Shown one piece after another: positions 1-9,035 of a stretch of DNA of 64,000 nt; the stretch's first letter is position 1, and the number at the start of each line of letters is the position of its first letter. Source of the stretch: Chlamydiales bacterium (GTDB lineage Bacteria; Chlamydiota; Chlamydiia; Chlamydiales; SM23-39); NCBI GenBank assembly GCA_035480535.1, contig DATIHQ010000001.1:2814-66813 (forward strand). Direction: 5' to 3'. Under the pieces are notes generated by a model, which was not told where the DNA came from, made no database searches, and saw only the letters and a list, made by a program, of their open reading frames with translations. A program made the translations under genes and the position numbers.

Positions 1-1
1 T

Positions 2-958
2 TCCTATGATCAGCAGGCGCTGTCTGATTTGGCCATCGATGCGTTGGATATGAGTGTAGCTTCTCGATTCTTTCAGTCTATTGGCAAAGAGATCAATGAA
101 GAAAAGCTCCGATCCTTGGGCGTGTTGACTTCAGTGGCCAACCGTTGGGTTCCATCGATTGGAGGATTGATTCTATTTGGAAAGAAAATCGAGCAGAGGC
201 GGCACATTCCCGACGCTGAAGTTCGCTGCGCCAGATTTCTAGGAGATACAAAAACTCATATTTTAGACCAATTGGATGTGGAGGGAACCATTTTAGATGC
301 AATCCACGAAGTTCCCAAATTCATTGCCCGCAACACGCGCCTCACCGCTGCATTTGGAGCGATGCAGCGCAGAGACATCCCCGAATATTCTCCCATTGCT
401 GTTAGAGAAGTCTTGATCAATGCCTTTGCCCATGCTGATTATTCTTTGCGGGGATCGCATATCCAAGTTGCCATCTTCAACAACCGTTTAGAAATTCAGA
501 ATCCGGGGATGTTTCCCTTTGGGTTTACTCTCGAGGATCTAAAAGCGGGCGTGAGCCGGATTCGGAATCGAGTCATTGTGCAAGTGTTTCACGCATTGCA
601 ATTCGTTGAGAAGTGGGGAAGTGGCTACAAACGAATTATCGACGCCTGCAAAGAAGGGGGATATCCCGAACCTAAGTGGGAAGAACTCGGCACGACTGTC
701 CGCGTCACTTTTTATCCCCATCCTCTGGCGATTCTTCCCCAAGGGCATCTTCTGGCTGAAGAACCTCTTCTCTGTCGCGAAGAGGCAATTTTAAATCTAT
801 TTCAAGGAAATAAGACCTTGCCTTTCCGCGAGATCCATCAAAGGTTAACTCCACCCATTTCTCAGCGTATGCTGCGATATGACCTAGCCCTAATGAAGAA
901 GAAAGGCTTACTCACCTCCCGCGGCAAAGGCCGCTCAATCGTTTGGCAAAGATACTGA
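2..958 (+). CDS. ATPase-like/winged-helix regulator of the COG2865 type (HATPase_c_4 core, Schlafen/AlbA_2-associated family); the 5' end lies outside the window
   Basis: The frame of ORF 29..958 stays open back to nt 2. Motifs REVLINAFAHADYS, IFNNRLEIQNPG and EKWGSGYKRI fit this family. The C-terminal ~70 aa look like a wHTH. Confidence 0.7.
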   Translation, partial: SYDQQALSDLAIDALDMSVASRFFQSIGKEINEEKLRSLGVLTSVANRWVPSIGGLILFGKKIEQRRHIPDAEVRCARFLGDTKTHILDQLDVEGTILDAIHEVPKFIARNTRLTAAFGAMQRRDIPEYSPIAVREVLINAFAHADYSLRGSHIQVAIFNNRLEIQNPGMFPFGFTLEDLKAGVSRIRNRVIVQVFHALQFVEKWGSGYKRIIDACKEGGYPEPKWEELGTTVRVTFYPHPLAILPQGHLLAEEPLLCREEAILNLFQGNKTLPFREIHQRLTPPISQRMLRYDLALMKKKGLLTSRGKGRSIVWQRY

Positions 959-1017
959 TTACCAGTTGAAAAAATAAGGGGAAGGAGTTATTTAAAGCTT
1001 TCTACCTGGAGTCATCG

Positions 1018-1836
1018 ATGAACCTTCTTTTGGCGCCTATTGTTATATCTTTGCTGGGATCTTCTTTTCCCGCCAATCAGCTTCCCTCTCGGGGGAAAGA
1101 ACAGATAAGGGTGATGCCCGTTGCGGCAACGCCTGAACCGTATACGGTGAATCTGGCGATCCAGATTCCCAAAGATGGACAACCGCTCAGCGGCAATCCC
1201 ATTTGGGTGCAACTGCGTCTCGATGGCTACTCTCTTGGAGCCGCTTCGCAATTTGAGAGGGCGGATGATATCGCCGTCTCGAATATGGGACAGACGGCCC
1301 GCGTGGTTGTGGACAACGATCCCTTTTTCGCGATCAATGAGCCGGCGATCGATCCCTTCTATGAAGATGGCTTCTATTACGACATGAGCTATAAGTTTGA
1401 AGTTCCCTATCGATTGAAAGAAGGGATGCACACCCTTCGGGTCTTTGAGGCCCGCTCTTTTGGAGAAAGTCTCAAAGGGGGCAATACGTTTCGCTCTATT
1501 TATTTTTATGTGGGAAGTCAAGAAAACAGGCCGGGGATGGATCTATCAGCCCCCTACATCACCTATAATGAGCCCAGCGGCCAAATGGATCTCAAAGAAG
1601 ATCAACCCGTTCTTCTCGATTTCTGGGTTTCTAACACGGAGCTTTCTGCAGATGGATATAAAGTCCGTCTCACGATTGATGGGAAAACCAAGAGAAACCT
1701 AACTTCTTGGCAGCCCTATTACATCTACGGCCTCAAGCAAGGAAAGCACACGGTTCGCCTAGAACTGGTCAATCCGCAGGGCACAAGGGTTCCGGGACTG
1801 TTCAACGACACAGAAAGAACCATCCAAGTTCGCTAG
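1018..1836 (+). CDS. hypothetical secreted protein (N-terminal hydrophobic signal-like segment, beta-rich)
   Basis: 272-aa ORF with GGAG 8 nt upstream of the ATG and the N-terminus MNLLLAPIVISLLGSS. I recognised no family. Confidence 0.6.
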   Translation: MNLLLAPIVISLLGSSFPANQLPSRGKEQIRVMPVAATPEPYTVNLAIQIPKDGQPLSGNPIWVQLRLDGYSLGAASQFERADDIAVSNMGQTARVVVDNDPFFAINEPAIDPFYEDGFYYDMSYKFEVPYRLKEGMHTLRVFEARSFGESLKGGNTFRSIYFYVGSQENRPGMDLSAPYITYNEPSGQMDLKEDQPVLLDFWVSNTELSADGYKVRLTIDGKTKRNLTSWQPYYIYGLKQGKHTVRLELVNPQGTRVPGLFNDTERTIQVR

Positions 1837-1844
1837 AGGTCGGA

Positions 1845-1906
1845 AAAATCTGAAATCTGAATTATGAAATCTGAAACGGTCGGGGGCGTTGCCCCCCGCA
1901 TCCCCC
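1845..1906 (-). repeat. R1 dispersed repeat, one unit (reverse orientation of the consensus GGGGTGCGGGGGCGAAGCCCCGACGTTTTCAGATTTCATAATTCAGATTTCAGATTT)
   Basis: AAAATCTGAAATCTGAATTATGAAATCTGAAACGGTCGGGGGCGTTGCCCCCCGCATCCCCC. It matches the copies at 23866, 47291 and 47750 and starts 9 nt after the stop of CDS 1018..1836. Confidence 0.85.
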
Positions 1907-1950
1907 AATGGCGTTTTCCCTCCGTTTTTCTAAAAAAGATCTCTGGAACT

Positions 1951-2100
1951 GGGGGCAGCGGGGGCTTCACCCGACTGTTTTGGGGTGCGGGGGCGAAGCC
2001 CCGACGTTTTCAGATTGGCGATCCAGCATAGAATTTGCTGGGGATCGCATTCCGGCGGGCTACGCCCGTCCTCCATTTCATAATTCAGATTTCAGATTTT
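1951..2100 (+). repeat. R1 dispersed repeat, full two-hairpin unit, interrupted by a 58-bp insertion (2017..2074)
   Basis: GGGGGCAGCGGGGGCTTCACCCGACTGTTTTGGGGTGCGGGGGCGAAGCCCCGACGTTTTCAGATT (1951-2016) resumes as TCATAATTCAGATTTCAGATTTT at 2078-2100. ATT is present at both junctions. Confidence 0.85.
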
Positions 2101-4204
2101 CTTGGGGGACGGGACACGAGAAGTGGTTGCTCCACTGCTTCAGGGCATCGAGGATGGCGTTGTGGAAGTCGGTTGCTAGGGTTGGTGTGTCGGAGCGGAG
2201 AATGTAGCCCAATGTGGAGAGCTCATGCACTTGAAGAAAGGTGCTGGTGAGGTCGTAGGAGGGGATTTTGAGTCTGTCGATAGCGTTTGCGACGTATTCT
2301 TTGAAGGTGGGCGCCAGGGCGCCAATGTAATAGAGAAAGAATTTTCCTTCTTGGGCTGTTTTAAGAGTGTAGGTGCGCTCGGAGAGGTCGTCTTGGATGA
2401 GTTCGGTGAGGAGGGAGAAGTGCATTTTAAGGATGAGGGGGTCATGCACCGTTTGCATGATGCCGGGACGGAGAGAGTAGAAGTAGTTCTCCAGGAGGAA
2501 CTCTTGCTCTTCTGAAATCGAGTTGAGGGTGCCGCGAAGAAGATCGAGCGATTCATCTTGTTTGAGGATCATGCCCCCATTGTAGTCGCGGAATTCCCCA
2601 ATGATCCGCGCTAGCTCGAGGACGACTTTCTGGCGAGCCCGAAGAAGATCTACGGAATAATCAGAGCGGAAGAAGAGCGATTTATTGAGAGTCACGCGGA
2701 GGATAGCCCCTTCTTTCAGATATTTGTTCTTGAGCATCCCCATGATCCGAATCTCATCAATAGTAAAGATCAGGGGAGAGTCGACCGTAAGCAGGCGATC
2801 CTTAAGAGAGGTTTCCCTATCGTGGGTGAGGCGCGCTAGGAGAATGGTGAAGGAGAGATCGGAGTTTGTCTGCTTCTCGTAATGGATGCTCACCTGGGGG
2901 AGGTCGCGCACATATTTTAGCTGGCTGCAAAGCGTGATGAGATTCCGGAGGAGTTCCTCTTCATTCCGCGGCATGAAGATGGGATGTACGGCACTTTCAA
3001 TCTGCTTTTTAATTTCCCCGGGAAGTTCTTTGCGCAAGAGCCTGATTTCATCGTTGGTAAAGGGAGTGAATTGCGGTTTTTGAACCTCGATATAAAGGAA
3101 TCGCACTTTGTCATCTCTCCGATCGACAATGAAGGAGTCTTTAATCGGCATTGTTTCCGGCAAAAATCTCCGGATCGCGTCCATGAGTTGCTTCTTCTCA
3201 ACTCGTTCACTGTCGCGCAAGAGATTGGTCCCCAATAAAATGCCCAAAACGGGCTCTGTATCTTGGAGAGACATCTTGAAGACTTTGATGTTTAAATGGC
3301 GCTCGTTCGGCACTTTTTGAATCGAGTCTTGGAGGACTTTTTTAAACAGATAATGGAGCGCGATGACCCGGCTGATATGGCGCGTGTCGCGCCTCGAGGA
3401 AAACTGGTCGCGGAAGAGAATGGTGAAATGGGTCATTTCATAAAATACATCGCGATCAAACGCTTTGGGACGAGCATTCCTTAGCTGCGCAATGTTCTTT
3501 TTCACCTGCCCAATTTTTTCTTCCGCAGAGAGCTTGAGGAGAAAACCCTGCATGTGATCGTAAAGACTTCGGTCTATCTCAGATGAGGGAAGGTGGAGGA
3601 TTGAATTGAGATTTTCTTGGATGAGTTTATTTTTTTCTGCAAGAGAAATGCTCCGAAGCGAGGCAATGTAGCGGGCATGATAGACCGCCTGGATGTTCAT
3701 TTTCATCTCTTCGACGAGATTCGGGAGTGTGCTTTGGATGATTTGCAATTCATCTTCATCGTCAAAGCCAACAATTTCTTGCGCAATAAAAAATCTTTGA
3801 GAGGGACAATTTTCGAAATGAAAATTCAGAGTGATCGACCCTGTGATCATGAGCTGTTTTCCTGGAATCAGCCAACGGCTTAACGTATCCACGACATAGC
3901 GCCCCACCCCAGTGGTGTAATCAGCCGGGCAGAGAAAGGTGACAGGTAAAGAGCCTGGAGATTTATTGGGAAAAGAATATTCGATCAAGGGAAGCGATTT
4001 CATGAGGCGATAGGCCCACATCGATTCTTCATTTCCCAGGTCGGATCCATTCGACTCAAGCCAGAAATTCTCCGGGAGAACAGATTCAACTAAGCGCTGC
4101 ACCACATTGAGAAAATCGGCTTCGGTCGACACATCGCCGCTGAGCATCGGAAAGGTGGGTTTTATCTGCAAAGAGATCAAGGGTTTAATGAAATCTAAGC
4201 TCAT
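2078..4204 (-). CDS. conserved-looking hypothetical protein, 708 aa; the start overlaps the upstream oppA-like stop (ATGA)
   Basis: Long uninterrupted ORF. ATG 4204-4202 overlaps TGA 4203-4201 of the upstream CDS. The last 7 codons and the stop lie inside the R1 repeat. I recognised no family. Confidence 0.7.
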   Translation of the reverse strand: MSLDFIKPLISLQIKPTFPMLSGDVSTEADFLNVVQRLVESVLPENFWLESNGSDLGNEESMWAYRLMKSLPLIEYSFPNKSPGSLPVTFLCPADYTTGVGRYVVDTLSRWLIPGKQLMITGSITLNFHFENCPSQRFFIAQEIVGFDDEDELQIIQSTLPNLVEEMKMNIQAVYHARYIASLRSISLAEKNKLIQENLNSILHLPSSEIDRSLYDHMQGFLLKLSAEEKIGQVKKNIAQLRNARPKAFDRDVFYEMTHFTILFRDQFSSRRDTRHISRVIALHYLFKKVLQDSIQKVPNERHLNIKVFKMSLQDTEPVLGILLGTNLLRDSERVEKKQLMDAIRRFLPETMPIKDSFIVDRRDDKVRFLYIEVQKPQFTPFTNDEIRLLRKELPGEIKKQIESAVHPIFMPRNEEELLRNLITLCSQLKYVRDLPQVSIHYEKQTNSDLSFTILLARLTHDRETSLKDRLLTVDSPLIFTIDEIRIMGMLKNKYLKEGAILRVTLNKSLFFRSDYSVDLLRARQKVVLELARIIGEFRDYNGGMILKQDESLDLLRGTLNSISEEQEFLLENYFYSLRPGIMQTVHDPLILKMHFSLLTELIQDDLSERTYTLKTAQEGKFFLYYIGALAPTFKEYVANAIDRLKIPSYDLTSTFLQVHELSTLGYILRSDTPTLATDFHNAILDALKQWSNHFSCPVPQENLKSEL

Positions 4205-5772
4205 AACTGATCACTGGGTCGAATTTTTTTATAAATAAGGGTTCCTAGGGGAGAGAATTGGAGATTTGTAAATCGGGAATTACTCAAAATGGCCTGGTTA
4301 AAATGATAGATTGGAGCGAGCGGCATATCTTGGGCCATAATGGATTCAGCTTTTTGGAGGAGATGAAGCCGTTCCTCTGCATCATTGACTGCCGATGCGC
4401 GGTTAAGGGTTTGAATGTATTCCTGATTTTCATAGCCGGGGAAATTTTTCTTTGTCGTGCGAAACTTAAATCGCTCCAAGATGCTCACCGGATCTGTGTA
4501 TTGGACCACCCAAGAATCGAGGGCAATGGAATAATTTCTATTTTGCAAGAAGGCCATCTGGGTTTTAAAATCAGATTCACTCAATCGAATATTGAGGCCA
4601 AATGCGTTTTTCCATTGCTGCTGAATCGCTTGGGCGATTCTTCGATGAAGCTCATTGGCTTGATAGTTTAGAATGATCTCTTCACTTGGGAAAAACCCAA
4701 GCTCTTCCACTCCTTTTTGGAAGAGAATCTTCGCCCGAGCTAAATCGCAAAAGGGAAATAGAGATTCATCGCAAGGCATAACCACTGAAGGAATGTAGCG
4801 GGTAGCCGGCTCTTCTGATAATTGAGAGATGTTTTCGATGATCGCCTTTCGATCGATCGCAAGCGACAGAGCTTTCCGGATCGATGGGTTATTGAGCGGC
4901 GTCCGCTCCAAGTTGAAGGTGCAGAAAAGGGTCCCCCCCAAACGGTTAATGGCTACTTTTCCCATCTTTCGCAAGGAAACTACCTCGTCGATGGAGAGAT
5001 TGGAAGTTTGGGAATTGAGAATATCGAGATCTTCATTCTCAAACATCCTGAGAGTTGTTTTTTCATCGGATACAATGCTGATATGGAGAGCATCTAGATG
5101 GACATTTTCCGCATCCCAATATTGGGGATTTTTCACGAGGGAGATTTCATGATTTCGATCCCATTTTTTCACTATGTAAGGACCATTTGTGACGAAGGAG
5201 TTGAGGTGCCAAGCGGGATTTTTTAACTCCATATGTTTAGGAATAGGATAAAAATTACAAAACGTGATGAGAGAGAGGAAGTAGGGGGTTGGATTTTCCA
5301 ATTCCACTTTTAATGTATGGTCATCCAGCGCCGTAATGCCGACCTTTTCTGGATCAATGGCCCCATTGATTGCCCTTTCGGCGTTGAGAATGCAGTAGAG
5401 AAGATAGGGGCATGAAGAGCCGAAGCTAGGGGTTAAAATCTTCTTCCAAGAATGTTCAAAATCATGTGCTGTGACAGGGACCCCATCGCTCCAATTTGCA
5501 TTTCGCAAATGGAATAGGTAGGTTTTCCCATCTTCGGAGATATCGACTGATTCAGCTAAAGCCAACTCCACTTTTCCTTCCGGCAAAAGCCTCGTCAGCC
5601 CTTCATAGACCATGAAAAGGAGATTGGAAGTGTAAACATCGGCATTTTTCCGAGGATCGAGGCTCGTTGGATCGGAATGAAAACAAAAGCGCATAGTTTC
5701 TGTTTTTTGAGGGGTTTTTTGGCACGATTGGAACATCGCACAGAAGAACAAGAATAGCAGCCACTTCTTCAT
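4201..5772 (-). CDS. oppA: oligopeptide/dipeptide ABC substrate-binding lipoprotein (family 5 SBP, OppA-like)
   Basis: Signal peptide plus Cys (MKKWLLFLFFCAMFQSC). DPRK, YEGLTRL and WSDG motifs are shared with the two neighbouring paralogs. Confidence 0.85.
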   Translation of the reverse strand: MKKWLLFLFFCAMFQSCQKTPQKTETMRFCFHSDPTSLDPRKNADVYTSNLLFMVYEGLTRLLPEGKVELALAESVDISEDGKTYLFHLRNANWSDGVPVTAHDFEHSWKKILTPSFGSSCPYLLYCILNAERAINGAIDPEKVGITALDDHTLKVELENPTPYFLSLITFCNFYPIPKHMELKNPAWHLNSFVTNGPYIVKKWDRNHEISLVKNPQYWDAENVHLDALHISIVSDEKTTLRMFENEDLDILNSQTSNLSIDEVVSLRKMGKVAINRLGGTLFCTFNLERTPLNNPSIRKALSLAIDRKAIIENISQLSEEPATRYIPSVVMPCDESLFPFCDLARAKILFQKGVEELGFFPSEEIILNYQANELHRRIAQAIQQQWKNAFGLNIRLSESDFKTQMAFLQNRNYSIALDSWVVQYTDPVSILERFKFRTTKKNFPGYENQEYIQTLNRASAVNDAEERLHLLQKAESIMAQDMPLAPIYHFNQAILSNSRFTNLQFSPLGTLIYKKIRPSDQL

Positions 5773-5815
5773 AAGAAAAATATATACGATTTATTGAGAT
5801 TAAGTAAAAGGAAAT

Positions 5816-7375
5816 TTAAGATGCGGCGATTGTGTAGCGGCTTTGGGGGGAGGGGCTCGACTGGGATTGATGGAAATGGAACCCGCCAATCGCATTGATT
5901 TGAACGCCGCTGAGATGAGGTTTACAAAGAAAAGCGTGGTTGTAGTGATAGATAGGAGCCAAGGGCATATCGTCGAGAAAGAGCGATTCGGCTTGGGTAA
6001 GAATTTTCTTTCGTTCAACGGGGTTGGCTTCGCAGGATGAAAGATTTAGGAGTTCATTGAAGCGGGGGTTTTCATAGCCAGGTAAGTTTTTGGGAAGAGA
6101 GCGGCTTTTAAACCTCTCGAAAATACTCATCGGGTCGTTAAATTGGGCCAGCCAATAGGCAAGACCCAAGCTATATTTGCCTTTATTAAATCTCTGGATA
6201 AAAGAGTTATAATCGCAGCTTTCCAGCCGCACCTTGAATCCAAGAACTCGTTTCCATTGTTCTTGCAAAGTATCCACAATTTTTCTGTTCAAGGGACTGG
6301 AAACAAAGGTGAGGGTCAAGTTATTTAAGAATAATCGGATCGCTAAGTCGGGATCTCCTTCCTCTTCAAGCTCTTGAAGACCCTCATTCAGATGTTTTCT
6401 GGCCAAATTCTCATCAAATCCAGGGAAAAGAGGCGTGTTTTCATTTTGAGTGAGGGTGGGTGGAAGGCAGCGAGTAGCCGGAATCTCATTTAGGCGAGTC
6501 ACTTGCTCAACAATGAAGTGGCGGTCGATCGCATAGGAAAAGGCTTTTCGAATATTTTGGTTATGGAAGGGATATTGATGGGTATTAAAAGAGCAAAATA
6601 CAGTTCCTCCCATTGGGAAAAATTTCAATATTCCCTCTTGGGCGTAAGGGTTGAGCGATTCAAGAGGAAGCGAACAGAGGATGACGGAAACAAGGTCCAG
6701 CTCATCTTGATCAAAGAGTTGTAAAACAGAGTGGGGATTATTGATGATGCTGATATGAATCGAATCCAAAGTTACATTTTTGGCATCCCAATAGAGAGGA
6801 TTCTTCTCACAAATGATCTCACATTTGGGTTTCCATTTGGCAATTTTGAAGGCTCCGCTGGTCACGAGTTCATGGACAGGGGCGTTTTCCCACTGTCCAT
6901 TTTTCGTTTCGATGTGTTTGGGAATCGGACAAAAATTACAAAATGAAAGGAGGACAAGAAAATAAGAGGTAGGGTGATGAAGCTCGATCTCCAAGGTCGT
7001 ATCGTCGAGGGCACGGATGCCCACTTCATCGAGAGGAACCAATCCCGAAGAGGCCGCCTCCGCATTTTTGATGGGAAAAAAAAGCTGGGGGGAAAGACAG
7101 GGGAATTTCGGGTCTAAGCCTTTCAACCAAGAGTAGGCAAAATCATGCGCTGTCAGAGGATGTCCATCGCTCCAATAGGCTTCTCTTAAATGGAATCGAT
7201 AGGTTTTTTGATCTGGGGAAATCTCGACCGATTCGGCCAAAGCCAGTTCGGGCTCTCCATTGGGTTTGAGCCTTGTGAGAGCATCATAGATCAAAGAAAG
7301 AAAGGTGGAGGTGATTTGGTCTCCATTCTTTCGAGGATCGATCGTTAGGGGGTCGATGCTAAAACAGGTACGCAT
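5816..7375 (-). CDS. OppA-like family 5 SBP paralog without signal peptide or lipobox (possibly decaying)
   Basis: It aligns with its neighbours from MRTCFSIDPLTIDPRK onward. An in-frame TAG lies 8 codons upstream of the ATG, and only 73 bp separate it from the upstream gene. Confidence 0.7.
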   Translation of the reverse strand: MRTCFSIDPLTIDPRKNGDQITSTFLSLIYDALTRLKPNGEPELALAESVEISPDQKTYRFHLREAYWSDGHPLTAHDFAYSWLKGLDPKFPCLSPQLFFPIKNAEAASSGLVPLDEVGIRALDDTTLEIELHHPTSYFLVLLSFCNFCPIPKHIETKNGQWENAPVHELVTSGAFKIAKWKPKCEIICEKNPLYWDAKNVTLDSIHISIINNPHSVLQLFDQDELDLVSVILCSLPLESLNPYAQEGILKFFPMGGTVFCSFNTHQYPFHNQNIRKAFSYAIDRHFIVEQVTRLNEIPATRCLPPTLTQNENTPLFPGFDENLARKHLNEGLQELEEEGDPDLAIRLFLNNLTLTFVSSPLNRKIVDTLQEQWKRVLGFKVRLESCDYNSFIQRFNKGKYSLGLAYWLAQFNDPMSIFERFKSRSLPKNLPGYENPRFNELLNLSSCEANPVERKKILTQAESLFLDDMPLAPIYHYNHAFLCKPHLSGVQINAIGGFHFHQSQSSPSPQSRYTIAAS

Positions 7376-7448
7376 AGGGGCCTTTTCTAATAAGCTCTAA
7401 CCTTATACGGATTTCGGAGATTCGGTTAAAGAAAATCTTGCGTCAGAT

Positions 7449-8960
7449 TTAAAGTTTTTTAAGATGTGCTCTTTCAAATAGGATGCCGCCGCTGCAAGTG
7501 GTGGCCATTTTTGAGAGGCGTTTTCCATTGAGACTTGGATTGCTCCAATGATAAATAGGCGCGATCGCCATTTCTTCCGCAAATAGAGCTTCCGCTCTTT
7601 CCAAGAGCTCCATTCTTTTTAACTCGTCGCTCGTTTCTGAGGCAGCGTCGAGTAAATGGATAAACTCTTGGTTTTCCCACCCAGGATAATTTTTTACATT
7701 TTTTCGGCTTTTGAAGCGATCCAAAATATTGATGGGATCGTGAAATTGGGCAATCCAAGAAGCCAAAGAGAGCTGATACTCTCTTTTCTGCAGATTTTGC
7801 ATATGCGTTTTCACATCGATCGACTCGAGTGCGACCGAAACTCCCAATACCTCTTTCCATTGTTTTTGCAAGGCCAAGGCCAGCCTTTTTTCCGTCTGGC
7901 CTGGTTTGTAGAATAGCGTTAAGGGTCCTATCTCGCCCAGCTCATCGACTGCCTTTTTATAATACTCACGAGCCATTTCAGGATCGAAAGTTGGAAATAA
8001 TGCCTTATTTTTGCCATTGAACAGAGAAGGGGGAAGGGGACGGGTGGCGAGAAGTTGGCCGCAAAGCGCGACGTGATCGACGATTTCTGCCCGATCTATG
8101 GCATAGGAAAAAGCCTTTCGGAGATTTTCATTCTGGAAGGGAAAGGTCTCTGTGTTAAACGTGCAAAATGTCGTGGCGGCCATCGGAATGAAATGGAGCT
8201 CGCCCCGTTTTTGCAGAGATTCAAGTGCATCGGGAGGGATGGGAGAAAAGGGACCTCCCAGCCAATCGAGCTCCCCCCGTTCAAACAGATGAAAAGCGGT
8301 CATTTCATCGGGGATGATGCCAATATGGATCTCATCGAGAAAGACCCCTTTTGGATTCCAGAACCGTTCATTTTTAACCAATGCAATTTCCCCATTGGGG
8401 ACAATCCGGTCAATCCGGAAGGGGCCGTTCGAGGCGCTCTCTTTAAAAGGAAGAAAAAGGGGAAAGGCAGTTAAAGAGAGAAAATAGGGAGTGGGTCTTT
8501 CCAGCTCAACCTGGAGAGTCAACTCATCGAGTGCTTTAATCCCCACCTCGCTTAAAGGAACTGTTCCCATCCTGGCCTTTTCTCCATTTTTGATCGGATA
8601 GAGCAGGTAGGCGCATAGAGAGGGAAACGTTGGCTCGAGGATTGTTTTCCATGAATTTTCAAAGTCGAAAGCGGTGACAGGTGTTCCATCGGTCCAAACT
8701 GAAGGGCGCAAATGAAAGGTATAGAGTTTTCCATCGGCAGAAACCTCAACCGCCTCAGCTAAGGCCAGCTCAAACGATCCATTGGCATCGCATCGAGTCA
8801 ACCCCTCATAAATCAAGCAGATGAGAGTGGAGGAGGTGAAGTCGCCACTTTTACGCGGATCGAGAGTAGCGGGATGATTATTGAATGAAATCCTTAACTG
8901 TTGAGGAGGAGTCGAGGAGGTGCAGGCGGCCAGTAGAAAAAGAAATATAATAAATTTCAT
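7449..8960 (-). CDS. oppA: oligopeptide/dipeptide ABC substrate-binding lipoprotein (OppA-like)
   Basis: Lipobox MKFIIFLFLLAAC. Family 5 SBP motifs are shared with 4201..5772 and 5816..7375. Confidence 0.85.
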   Translation of the reverse strand: MKFIIFLFLLAACTSSTPPQQLRISFNNHPATLDPRKSGDFTSSTLICLIYEGLTRCDANGSFELALAEAVEVSADGKLYTFHLRPSVWTDGTPVTAFDFENSWKTILEPTFPSLCAYLLYPIKNGEKARMGTVPLSEVGIKALDELTLQVELERPTPYFLSLTAFPLFLPFKESASNGPFRIDRIVPNGEIALVKNERFWNPKGVFLDEIHIGIIPDEMTAFHLFERGELDWLGGPFSPIPPDALESLQKRGELHFIPMAATTFCTFNTETFPFQNENLRKAFSYAIDRAEIVDHVALCGQLLATRPLPPSLFNGKNKALFPTFDPEMAREYYKKAVDELGEIGPLTLFYKPGQTEKRLALALQKQWKEVLGVSVALESIDVKTHMQNLQKREYQLSLASWIAQFHDPINILDRFKSRKNVKNYPGWENQEFIHLLDAASETSDELKRMELLERAEALFAEEMAIAPIYHWSNPSLNGKRLSKMATTCSGGILFERAHLKKL

Positions 8961-9035
8961 GGGGAACCATTAAACTACCTTCGACTTGTAAAAGTAAAGG
9001 GATTCCAGTAAGGTGACCCTTAGAGGCCAGGTAGG

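Noticed and set aside
1908-2250. ORFs 1908..2207 and 2035..2250, and likewise 47628..47918, 47812..48027, 59238..59486, 41956..42177 and 31018..31245
   Set aside because: All of them lie within R1, R2 or R3 repeat copies. Their translations are repeat-derived (for example GCGGEAPTFSDF..NSDFRF recurring), and they overlap better-supported genes or hairpins.
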